Assembly: GCA_007695365.1 (NCBI GenBank)
Contig: REDV01000092.1
Span: forward strand, 114,708-178,707
Origin: Cryomorphaceae bacterium
Lineage (GTDB): Bacteria; Bacteroidota; Bacteroidia; Flavobacteriales_D; SKUL01
DNA: 64,000 nucleotides
Direction of reading: 5' to 3'
The notes under the pieces are model-generated. The model saw nothing but the letters and a program-made list of their open reading frames with translations, had not been told where the DNA came from and made no database searches. Below, piece after piece: positions 27,205 to 35,008 of the stretch. Numbering within the stretch: the stretch's first letter is position 1; each line of letters begins with the position of its first letter. The translations under genes were made by a program, and so were the position numbers.

Positions 27205-27438
27205 CTATGGAGTTCCTCCTCGTGCTTTTAAGGCTTGCACATTGAGCAAAAAAGCCCAGGTGATATCACCCACAGCACCGTCAACCGGAATACTTGTTAC
27301 TCGCTGAAAATCCAGAACTGCCTCTGTAGTGCGGGCACAATAACAACCACTGGGCTCAATGTTGTAGCCAATTTCCTTCAGGATTTCCTGAAGGGCGAGC
27401 ACTTCGTCCCCTTGCGATCCCTGAATAAGCAATTCCAT
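27205..27438 (-). CDS. Stand-alone peptidoglycan-binding (PG_binding_1-like) domain protein, no signal peptide
   Basis: GSQGDEVLALQEILKEIGYNI...TTEAVLDFQRVTSIPVDGAVGDITWAFL matches the PG_binding_1 pattern. The whole protein is 77 aa. Confidence 0.6.
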   Translation of the reverse strand: MELLIQGSQGDEVLALQEILKEIGYNIEPSGCYCARTTEAVLDFQRVTSIPVDGAVGDITWAFLLNVQALKARGGTP

Positions 27439-27482
27439 CGGAAAGGTTATTGGTTGGTACGCGTGAAGTTAATCAATTTTTG

Positions 27483-28241
27483 CTACGCTGCCTTCCCGAG
27501 GATGAATTGTTTGCTTTGAAGGCTTTTCAGGAAGTTCAGAACCTTCTGCTCATCAAACGAATCAGGCGATAGGCTTCCTGACTCGATGAGGGCATTCATC
27601 GCACCTAGTGCGTGGAGCCCTTCTGACTCTAAAAGGGTTTCGAGCAGCGCTGCGTATTGGAGACTAAGCGAAACAAATTGCACTTTACCAGACTCCTTCT
27701 CACGAAAAACGAGCAGAAAAAAGTTTCCGGGTTTGGATATAAAATCAGCACGATGAATACGGTGAACAGGGTAGGTGAGGTGCAAAAGTCTGTAGTGCGG
27801 GTTAAAAACCAGTGGAAGGCTCAATAACTGGTTATCGGCACAAAGAACGTGAGCGGGAACTTCCAGGTCGGGCGTGCTGTGTACCTCTATTTCTGTCCAT
27901 TCCATCATAAGCAGGTCGGGCAAAAAAGGCAGGTTGTTGGATTTGTGATATCCGGTCTCCTCGACAAATTCCAGTAATTCTCGGGCCATCCGCCAAACCC
28001 GGGGGTTGTGACATTTGTGTTCAGCGAAAAATCTTTCAACCAGTTCATTCCAATTGTCAGTTCCGAGGAACCTCACCGCAATAGGATAAGCCTCAGTCAA
28101 GATACTATGAACAACATTGAGCACCAACTTTCGATACTGTTTAAGTCTTTCAGGTGAAGTGCCCGGTATGCTGATGTCTATGCCGTCACGGCAATATTGT
28201 GCAAGCGCGCCCTGAATTGATGATGTATCCTTCTTCAACAT
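27483..28241 (-). CDS. DUF2063-type partner protein of the MNIO enzyme (HvfC/BufC-like)
   Basis: 252-aa protein whose N-terminal region (YRKLVLNVVHSILTEAYPIAVRFLG...FFAEH) resembles DUF2063. It overlaps the DUF692 gene by 7 nt. Confidence 0.7.
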   Translation of the reverse strand: MLKKDTSSIQGALAQYCRDGIDISIPGTSPERLKQYRKLVLNVVHSILTEAYPIAVRFLGTDNWNELVERFFAEHKCHNPRVWRMARELLEFVEETGYHKSNNLPFLPDLLMMEWTEIEVHSTPDLEVPAHVLCADNQLLSLPLVFNPHYRLLHLTYPVHRIHRADFISKPGNFFLLVFREKESGKVQFVSLSLQYAALLETLLESEGLHALGAMNALIESGSLSPDSFDEQKVLNFLKSLQSKQFILGKAA

Positions 28242-29077
28242 GTTTGTCGGCTCCAGGCTTGATGCGCCAAACCGCGCAGATTGTTCATTTCACCAACCAA
28301 AACCGATAAGTCCGGTATGTTGAAGTCGCGCTCAAGCAGCACGGGCACCGGGTTTAGTTTAGGGAGTGTCCAGGAAAACAGGTCATACACCGGTTCTATC
28401 ACATTTTGACCGTGTGTATCAATAATGAGGTCAGGCGCCACTTGTTCGTGCCCGGCCATATGGATATATGCCACAGACTCGAGCGGAAGCGATGACAGGA
28501 AAGTTTTCGGGTCGTATTGATGGTTGAAGGCATTTACGTACACATTGTTCACGTCGAGCAGAAGCTTACAACCAGATTCATTGACAATGCCGGAAATAAA
28601 AGTTGCCTCATCCATTTCAGCAGCCACAGGCGTGTAGTACGAAACATTCTCGAGTGCGAGCGGGCGTTCCAATACATCCTGCACCACCCTAATGCGCGCT
28701 GCGATGTGCCTGATGGCGTCTTCCCTGAAAGGAATAGGCAACAAATCGTACAAGTGGGCATTGTTGCACTTGCTGTAACTTAGGTGCTCACTGTATAACT
28801 GAACATTGTGTTCGTCCAGAAATCCCTTCAAGTCGCGGAGAAACTGCAAGTCCAGGGGGTCAGGGCTTCCTACAGACAATGAAAGGCCATGACATACCAC
28901 CGGGTAGGCTTCGGTAGCTCGTCGTAAAACTTTGCCCCAGTAGCCGCCCATGCCCATCCAATTTTCGGGGGCAAGCTCGATAAAGTCCGGTCGGTCGGAA
29001 ATGAGGGCAATCATGTCCTCAGCCATTTCCCGCCGGAAACCAAGACCAACACCCGGTATGTTAACTTCCTTATTCAT
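28235..29077 (-). CDS. DUF692 / multinuclear non-heme iron oxidase (MNIO; MbnB/HvfB/BufB-like)
   Basis: VGLGFRREM...FIELAPENWMG...CHGLSLSVGS...YSEHLSY...ALENVSYY...LLDVNNVYVNAFNH...HMAGH is the TIM-barrel DUF692 motif series. Confidence 0.85.
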   Translation of the reverse strand: MNKEVNIPGVGLGFRREMAEDMIALISDRPDFIELAPENWMGMGGYWGKVLRRATEAYPVVCHGLSLSVGSPDPLDLQFLRDLKGFLDEHNVQLYSEHLSYSKCNNAHLYDLLPIPFREDAIRHIAARIRVVQDVLERPLALENVSYYTPVAAEMDEATFISGIVNESGCKLLLDVNNVYVNAFNHQYDPKTFLSSLPLESVAYIHMAGHEQVAPDLIIDTHGQNVIEPVYDLFSWTLPKLNPVPVLLERDFNIPDLSVLVGEMNNLRGLAHQAWSRQTC

Positions 29078-29112
29078 CCCATCTTACGCCGTACTCAATT
29101 TCTGCCCAACAT

Positions 29113-29139
29113 AAAAAAAGGGAGCTCATGAAAGCTCCC
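29113..29139 (-). terminator. Intrinsic terminator/attenuator between precursor and MNIO genes
   Basis: The minus strand reads GGGAGCT-ttcatg-AGCTCCC followed by TTTTTTT. It lies between the precursor stop (29161) and the MNIO ATG (29077). Confidence 0.7.
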
Positions 29140-29160
29140 CCTTCAAGATTTAAGAGCATG

Positions 29161-29580
29161 CTAGTTTCCGCATTTGCCTTCTCCACATTTGTGTTCACCG
29201 GCTTTAGACTCCTTTTCTTTTTTTTCCTGTGCTTTTTTCTCTTCTCGCTCCAAAGCCTCTTTACGCGCGGCATCACGATCGGCCTGGCTGGCTTTTTTGC
29301 CACACATTTGCTCGCCGGCTTTGCTCTCATCGGCTTTGCTTTGGCCTTTTTCTTCAGCTTTGGATTTCTCTCCACACTTGCCCTCCCCGCATTTAAGCTC
29401 CATATTGCGGTTATCAACAAATGCGATGGGGTTTATGCTGCTGAGAATTTCGCTGCGCAATTCACCTCCTGAGCCAAGCATTTCAAAGCTCTCAGTTGCA
29501 TTTGCATTACTGCCCATTGCGCTTGCAAGTATAGCACCAGTAGCCAAAGCAGATATCCGAATGTTTTTTTTCTTTTCCAT
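29161..29580 (-). CDS. Secreted Cys-Gly repeat precursor, HvfA-like RiPP substrate candidate
   Basis: The ATG at 29580 gives MEKKKNIRISALATGAILASAMGSNANA (a Sec signal) followed by a K/E/A-rich body. The body carries ELKCGEGKCGEK, EQMCGKK and a C-terminal HKCGEGKCGN. Confidence 0.7.
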   Translation of the reverse strand: MEKKKNIRISALATGAILASAMGSNANATESFEMLGSGGELRSEILSSINPIAFVDNRNMELKCGEGKCGEKSKAEEKGQSKADESKAGEQMCGKKASQADRDAARKEALEREEKKAQEKKEKESKAGEHKCGEGKCGN

Positions 29581-29781
29581 GAGTGAAATGTTGAGGTTGA
29601 TGTTTAAGAAAGCCGAAGCTTTTCTTCGACCATATTGACGCAAGTTACAAAACATGAGTCAGTCCGCAGAGTTTTTTGGCATTTTTATCGGGAACTAAGC
29701 ACGGTGAATTTGTAAGGAATTCATTGTTTACAAGCTGTGAGCTCCCTTCAGGTATTTAACATTCAGGGTGCTACAGTTTGC

Positions 29782-29789
29782 TAACTTTG
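29782..29789 (+). promoter_or_regulatory. Candidate -7 box (TAACTTTG)
   Basis: Matches TAnnTTTG, 5 nt upstream of the GTG at 29794. Confidence 0.35.
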
Positions 29790-29793
29790 CGCT

Positions 29794-30342
29794 GTGCTGC
29801 ATTATCCCGGAATCATTTCTTTCCTCGTGTTTGTGGGCCTCCATTTTACGGCCCACAGCCAAAATTTGCGCATGCAGCATGAAATGCAAATGCGCGAAAA
29901 AGATATCGCACGCACTTCGGTTCACTTCGAAATTGGCGGCAATGCCCTGGGTTGGTCTATAAACGGTGATCGCATCCTCTTTCAGTCTGATTATTACAAG
30001 GGGTCGCTCAGGCTCGGGATTGGAATATTGCCCTACCCTTCATCTTTAAAAGACAATCGCACATTCCTTTTCTTTCCTGTAGAGTACAACAACCTCTTTG
30101 GGCCGAAGCAAAACTTTCTGGAAATTGGTTTGGGAACCACTTTTACGAACTCATTACAGGGCAGTGATATCTGGATTACCGGAAGGGTGGGGTATCGTTT
30201 GCAACCCATCGGCGGCGGTTTTTTTATGCGGGCAGGATTGGTATTGCTTTACATACCCTATACCAACCCGATTCTTTACGGCAACGAAACAATGGATATA
30301 GTTCTTCCACTTCCCAGCGTTTCCTGGGGTTTTAGCTTTTAG
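29794..30342 (+). CDS. Hypothetical small outer-membrane-like protein
   Basis: GTG start, signal-like N-terminus (…FLVFVGLHFTAHSQ), alternating hydrophobic beta-strand pattern and a C-terminal ...SWGFSF. Confidence 0.45.
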   Translation: MLHYPGIISFLVFVGLHFTAHSQNLRMQHEMQMREKDIARTSVHFEIGGNALGWSINGDRILFQSDYYKGSLRLGIGILPYPSSLKDNRTFLFFPVEYNNLFGPKQNFLEIGLGTTFTNSLQGSDIWITGRVGYRLQPIGGGFFMRAGLVLLYIPYTNPILYGNETMDIVLPLPSVSWGFSF

Positions 30343-30372
30343 AGCCGGTACCCCGCGGTTTTTGTGAAATGT

Positions 30373-30380
30373 TAATTTTG
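30373..30380 (+). promoter_or_regulatory. Candidate -7 box (TAATTTTG)
   Basis: Matches TAnnTTTG, 26 nt upstream of the ATG at 30406. The TAATTTTGCAG context is identical to the one upstream of dapF. Confidence 0.4.
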
Positions 30381-30405
30381 CAGGGCGACACAAAAACCAA
30401 CCCAT

Positions 30406-32487
30406 ATGTTTCAAAACACATTTTGGGCTGCCATATTGGTGGCTTTTCTTTTTACCTCGTGCGATTCGGAAGATACGCGCATTACCTCGGCCGCGCTGCC
30501 CGAAGACTGGCAACCCGACGATGCGGAGGTTTATATTCCACAACCAGATGAAGACGGGTTTGCATGGCAAACAGAACAGTTTGCGGATCTTAAAATCCTG
30601 CGATACCGAATTCCCGATTGGGAGAATCTAACGCTTCAGCAAAAAAAGTTGGTGTACTATCTTGTAGAGGCAGGATTGACTGGAAGAGAGATTATTCAGG
30701 ATCAGAATTACCGGCACAACCTCACTATTCGCAGGGCGCTTGAAAATATCTACGAGAATTATTCTGGCAACAGAAATACCAAGGGCTGGAAACGCTTTGA
30801 GACATACCTGAAGCGGGTTTGGTTCTCTAACGGTATTCATCACCATTACAGCAATGCCAAGTTTCTACCAACATTTAGCAGAGATTATTTTGATGAGTTG
30901 TGTGTTGACACAGGTATTGAGTTGAGCGATGAGGTTCTCGCAGCTATCTTCGACCCGGCTATTGATGCCAAAAAAGTAGAGCAAGACCCGGATAAAGGAC
31001 TCGTTGAAGGTTCGGCTGTTAATTTCTACGATCCGGATATAACCACCCGGGAAGCTGAGGAATACCTCGCTTCCATTGCACCGAAAAATAAGCGAACCCC
31101 CGTTTCAACAAGTTTGAATTCCAAACTGGTGAGAGGTGATGACGGGAAGGTTGGAGAGCGCAGATATCGCGTGGGAGAGATGTACTCTGATGCCCTTAAA
31201 GAGGTAGTGCGCTGGCTGAAACTGGCTGAAAGCGTAGCGGAGAATGATAAACAGGCTTCTGCATTGCGCAAGCTTATTGATTATTACCAAACCGGAGACC
31301 TTGAGATATGGGACTTGTATAACATTGCCTGGGTGAGAGCTATTGAAGGCGACATTGATTACATCCAGGGCTTTGTTGAAGTGTACAATGACCCTCTGGG
31401 TTATACTGGCTCTTTTGAGAATATTGTGCAGATCAAGGATTTTGACGCATCTGAACGCATGCAGGTGATGATGGAGAATGCGCAGTGGTTTGAAGACCAC
31501 ATGCCATTTATGGATCAGCACAAAAAAGAGAATGTAGTTGGTATTACGTACAATGTGGTCAATGTTGCGGGAGAGGCCGGAGATGCTTCGCCGTCAACTC
31601 CAATCGGAGTGAACCTCCCCAACGCCAACTGGATCCGCAGTATGTATGGCTCCAAATCTGTGAGTTTGGGAAATATTCTGGAAGCTTATGATAAAGCCTC
31701 CGGACCAGGCATGATCGATGAGTTTGCGTATAATGAAGAGGAGGCCGAGCGGGCAAAAATGTATGGAAGCCTGGCAGGTAAGCTACACACGGCTCTTCAT
31801 GAAGTCATTGGTCATGCATCAGGAGCACTCGAGGAAGGAGTGGGCACCCCAAAGGAAACCATCAAGAGCTATGCTTCAACCATCGAGGAGGGCAGGGCCG
31901 ATCTGATTGCACTGTATTTCATTATGGATTCGATGATGGTGAAATTAGGACTGGTGGAAAGCATGGATGTTGGAAAAGCAGAGTACGATAGCTACATACG
32001 AAACGGATTGCTCACACAATTGCGCAGACTTGAACTGGGCGATGATATCGAGGAAGCTCATATGAGAAACCGTGCATGGGTATCCCGTTGGGTATTGGAG
32101 GCCGGAGCCGCGGATACTGTTATTGCCGAAGTGAAGCGCGAAGGAAAAACGTTCTACCACATTCGCGACTATGATCGGTTGCGCGAACTGTTTGGAGAAC
32201 TTCTTCGCGAAGTTCAACGCATTAAGTCGCAAGGCGATTACAACGCTGCCCGCAACCTTGTAGAAAATTACGGTGTGAAGGTAGATCAGGACCTTCACAA
32301 AGAGGTGCTCGAGAGAACTGCTAAACTCGGTATAGCACCTTATGGCGGGTTTATCAACCCGAGATTGGTAGCGGAGATGGGAGAAGACGGTGAAATTACC
32401 GATGTGCGGGTAGAGTATCCGGATGATTTTGCCCGCCAGATGATGGAATACAGGGAGAAGTATTCTTTTCTGCCTGATTACAACTGA
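30406..32487 (+). CDS. Dipeptidyl-peptidase III-like zinc metallopeptidase (M49 family)
   Basis: HEVIGH plus EEGRAD (the HExxGH / EExRAE(D) M49 signature). The N-terminus (FLFTSCDS) resembles a lipoprotein signal. Confidence 0.85.
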   Translation: MFQNTFWAAILVAFLFTSCDSEDTRITSAALPEDWQPDDAEVYIPQPDEDGFAWQTEQFADLKILRYRIPDWENLTLQQKKLVYYLVEAGLTGREIIQDQNYRHNLTIRRALENIYENYSGNRNTKGWKRFETYLKRVWFSNGIHHHYSNAKFLPTFSRDYFDELCVDTGIELSDEVLAAIFDPAIDAKKVEQDPDKGLVEGSAVNFYDPDITTREAEEYLASIAPKNKRTPVSTSLNSKLVRGDDGKVGERRYRVGEMYSDALKEVVRWLKLAESVAENDKQASALRKLIDYYQTGDLEIWDLYNIAWVRAIEGDIDYIQGFVEVYNDPLGYTGSFENIVQIKDFDASERMQVMMENAQWFEDHMPFMDQHKKENVVGITYNVVNVAGEAGDASPSTPIGVNLPNANWIRSMYGSKSVSLGNILEAYDKASGPGMIDEFAYNEEEAERAKMYGSLAGKLHTALHEVIGHASGALEEGVGTPKETIKSYASTIEEGRADLIALYFIMDSMMVKLGLVESMDVGKAEYDSYIRNGLLTQLRRLELGDDIEEAHMRNRAWVSRWVLEAGAADTVIAEVKREGKTFYHIRDYDRLRELFGELLREVQRIKSQGDYNAARNLVENYGVKVDQDLHKEVLERTAKLGIAPYGGFINPRLVAEMGEDGEITDVRVEYPDDFARQMMEYREKYSFLPDYN

Positions 32488-32516
32488 TGGGATGACAGCA
32501 GAGTTGTTAAAAAAAA

Positions 32517-32540
32517 GGGAGCCAACGGCTCCCTTTTTTT
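32517..32540. terminator. Bidirectional intrinsic terminator
   Basis: AAAAAA-GGGAGCC-aac-GGCTCCC-TTTTTTT between convergent genes. Confidence 0.7.
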
Positions 32541-32558
32541 AACAGGTGAAACGAAACA

Positions 32559-33008
32559 TTACACTGCTTTGTAATGATAACCAAAACCTCTCTGAATGAG
32601 TTGTTGCCAACGGTCGGAGAGTATCTTTACAGCCCTGCTCAGCTGAATTTTTTCGGTGGGTTTCAAAAAGTAGCCGTTCGCACCCCTGACATAACACGCA
32701 GCAATCACATCCTTGTCGCTGTTGTCGCTTAAAACAAAAACCGGTATTTGCTTCAGTTTGTCGCTTCGTTGAATTTGTTCAAGAATTTTCAGTCCTTCCT
32801 TCGCATCCGGTAAGTTGATATCCAGTAAAATGAGGGAGGGCAGGTCAAGATGTCTTACCCTTGTGCTCAGGCACTGCGAAATGAAGTCATGCACGGCACT
32901 CATGGTTGAGAGGTGTTGAATTTCTACTGTATCGTTGTTTTCAGCAAACATTCGTTCAATCAATGCACAATCGGCTTCGGTTCGGTCAATCAGTAAAATC
33001 CTTTTCAT
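32559..33008 (-). CDS. Stand-alone response regulator receiver protein
   Basis: KRILLIDRTEAD, LILLDINLP (phospho-acceptor Asp), VFVLSDNS and YFLKP. No output domain is present. Confidence 0.85.
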   Translation of the reverse strand: MKRILLIDRTEADCALIERMFAENNDTVEIQHLSTMSAVHDFISQCLSTRVRHLDLPSLILLDINLPDAKEGLKILEQIQRSDKLKQIPVFVLSDNSDKDVIAACYVRGANGYFLKPTEKIQLSRAVKILSDRWQQLIQRGFGYHYKAV

Positions 33009-34570
33009 AGCTCGTGCTTTTCATTAATTTGAACAGGTTCGGGTTGGGTGTATTGTGGCAGTTTAAATTGGTAAGGCAGTTTCGCGATTTTATCGAGAAA
33101 CCAGTGGTGAAAAACCACGTACTCATGACTTCTGATTTTCCATGCGTAGTCAGAGTGATCGCTTTCCAGTTCGTAGAACAGATCTTGATTGTTGAAGTAG
33201 GTTTTGGCAAAGTCGAAGCTGGTGCGCTCCAGGTTCCTGAGAATTTTGAGAATAGCCTTGTCGCGAGAGGCAAATTCGAGTTCTTCGGGATTTTTAGACA
33301 GGTGTTTGCGCAAGGAGTCAATTGAAAGGTCTGCGAGATCCAAAAGTTGCATCTCCATCAAACACATGATGCTTAAAATGCGAACCCCCACATTCCAGCC
33401 TTCAGGGTCAGTATCCATGAGGGCATATTCACTGTTGCACCGCTCGTAAGCTTTAGAAAACTGACCTCTGTTAAACAGAATACAGGCCTGCAGGTAAACC
33501 ATTTTACTGCGTTCAAAGGGGGCAACGCGTATTAAATCACTTTGCAACAATGTGTCAGCTACTTCCCACGCCATATTCAGGTTACCCTGAAAATAGTAGG
33601 TCTGGGCCTGCAGCGATTTAATTGCAACAAAATTGTAGCTACCCACCCCTGCTCCCCGCAAACTGAGTTCGATATTTTTCTGACAGTGGTCAAACTCATG
33701 CATCAGCATGTGGTTGTAGGCCAGGTTGACGTATGCACTACTTAATTTAATATCAGACCGTAGAGCAGGACTAGCGTTGATCACATGAACCATTTTCTCC
33801 GCCGATTTACCCGCTGAATTATAATCCCCGAGTGCCTGGAAGTATTCCATTTCAAAGAGATAAACGTATTGTCCAACGGTTGCAGATTTCGTGGAGTTGT
33901 AAAGACGCTGGAGTTCTGATAAGGCCTCGGTCAATAGACCTACTTGCTCGTTTTGGCTGGCCTTTCGATCAGCAGCCATATAAAAACGGGTATTCCATTC
34001 CAAGGCGAGATATACAGCGTCTCTCTTTTTTTCTGCCTCTGTAATTTTACTCCGTAAAATCGAAAAAGCCTTTTCTCCTTGTGAAAGCCCATCCCATTCA
34101 AGTTTAATTCGTAGAATGCTCACGAGGAGATCGTAGAGTTCGTAGGTTTCACAGGTTTGAATTTCGTTACTCATTAATAAATTCGCAGACCGTTGGTTTC
34201 CTCGGCCTAAAAGATTGGTAATGAGAATCCAATTCTTGGTGACAAGTTGGCGCGCCTTGTACCACTCACTGTAGTTGCCTCTGCGAAGAATGTTTTGCCG
34301 AAGGGTAAGAGAATCGAATATTTTATCGCGTAGCCGGGTCAGAAATTTATTGAAGTCGTATTTGTCCATGCCCGGGCTGATGGCGTTTAGCAATTCGTCG
34401 TAATCAGCGTTTGGATGATCGAGCATGTATTGCAGGGCTTCGTGCGATTTAAGGTGCTGGGCGCCTTTTCTGCTGAATGACACAAGGTATTGCAGGGCTA
34501 ATTCGCCCTCAAAGGGCTTGAGCCTCTGCGTAATCTCGCGCAACTCGTCAAATATGTTCAGCCTTTTCAT
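33005..34570 (-). CDS. All-helical TPR-like protein (hypothetical, 521 aa)
   Basis: Repeated helix-pair patterns with Y/F/A/L periodicity (EMEYFQALGDYNSAGKSAEK, AQTYYFQGNLNMAWEVAD, QACILFNRGQFSKAYERC). Its stop overlaps the receiver ATG (ATGA). Confidence 0.6.
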   Translation of the reverse strand: MKRLNIFDELREITQRLKPFEGELALQYLVSFSRKGAQHLKSHEALQYMLDHPNADYDELLNAISPGMDKYDFNKFLTRLRDKIFDSLTLRQNILRRGNYSEWYKARQLVTKNWILITNLLGRGNQRSANLLMSNEIQTCETYELYDLLVSILRIKLEWDGLSQGEKAFSILRSKITEAEKKRDAVYLALEWNTRFYMAADRKASQNEQVGLLTEALSELQRLYNSTKSATVGQYVYLFEMEYFQALGDYNSAGKSAEKMVHVINASPALRSDIKLSSAYVNLAYNHMLMHEFDHCQKNIELSLRGAGVGSYNFVAIKSLQAQTYYFQGNLNMAWEVADTLLQSDLIRVAPFERSKMVYLQACILFNRGQFSKAYERCNSEYALMDTDPEGWNVGVRILSIMCLMEMQLLDLADLSIDSLRKHLSKNPEELEFASRDKAILKILRNLERTSFDFAKTYFNNQDLFYELESDHSDYAWKIRSHEYVVFHHWFLDKIAKLPYQFKLPQYTQPEPVQINEKHEL

Positions 34571-34746
34571 GAGATAATGTCTGATAAAAGTAGTCTAAAA
34601 TAGAATACAAGTCAAGTAATAAGGGAAAAAATAAATAAAAAGCACAATTAACAATGTCTGAAAATAGCAACTATTTCCAATTATTTATTACTTGGATGCA
34701 GCACCTTTGCTCCGAACATTCATTGTAACCTTCTAAAAACAGCGAT

Positions 34747-34923
34747 ATGACTTCTTTCTTTGCTCTCCTCTTTGCACTGATTTTCGGTTCGGCCACTTTC
34801 CAGAGTGCCCAGGTAACTACCGACAGAACCCAGACTCCGGATGTGGAAACCACCTACTCCAAAAGCGACGGTATTGGTATGGGCGGTACCGGTGGTGGAA
34901 TGACCGACCCCACAAGACCCTGA
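34747..34923 (+). CDS. Unannotated small secreted peptide (58 aa)
   Basis: The ATG at 34747 gives MTSFFALLFALIFGSATFQSAQ|VTTDRTQTPDVETTYSKSDGIGMGGTGGGMTDPTRP, ending at a TGA at 34921-34923. The AQ cleavage context matches other signal peptides in this window, and a terminator follows. It falls below the 60-aa cut-off of the ORF track. Confidence 0.5.
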   Translation: MTSFFALLFALIFGSATFQSAQVTTDRTQTPDVETTYSKSDGIGMGGTGGGMTDPTRP

Positions 34924-35008
34924 TAGATTCAAGCCATTTCGCAATGGCTACAAGAAATGTAATTGCTGACGTACTATTCGAGAGGCCATCAGGCAATTAC
35001 ATAATAAA

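Noticed and set aside
29070-29655. Three additional long ORFs (29070..29420 -, 29128..29472 +, 29174..29638 +) and the upstream extension of the precursor ORF to 29655.
   Set aside because: These are shadows of purine-rich, low-complexity K/E/A-coding DNA, which stays open in several frames. Only the 29161..29580 frame gives a signal peptide plus the Cys-Gly repeats, and only that frame is flanked by a terminator.
34691-34709. A possible sigma-54 promoter (TGGATGCAGCACCTTTGC) upstream of the small ORF.
   Set aside because: The GG-to-GC spacing is 15 nt rather than the 12 nt required by the -24/-12 consensus.
34671-34944. Minus-strand ORFs of 60 and 74 aa in the intergenic region.
   Set aside because: They have no signal, motif or promoter support, and they run antisense to a better-supported plus-strand small ORF that has a signal peptide and a terminator.
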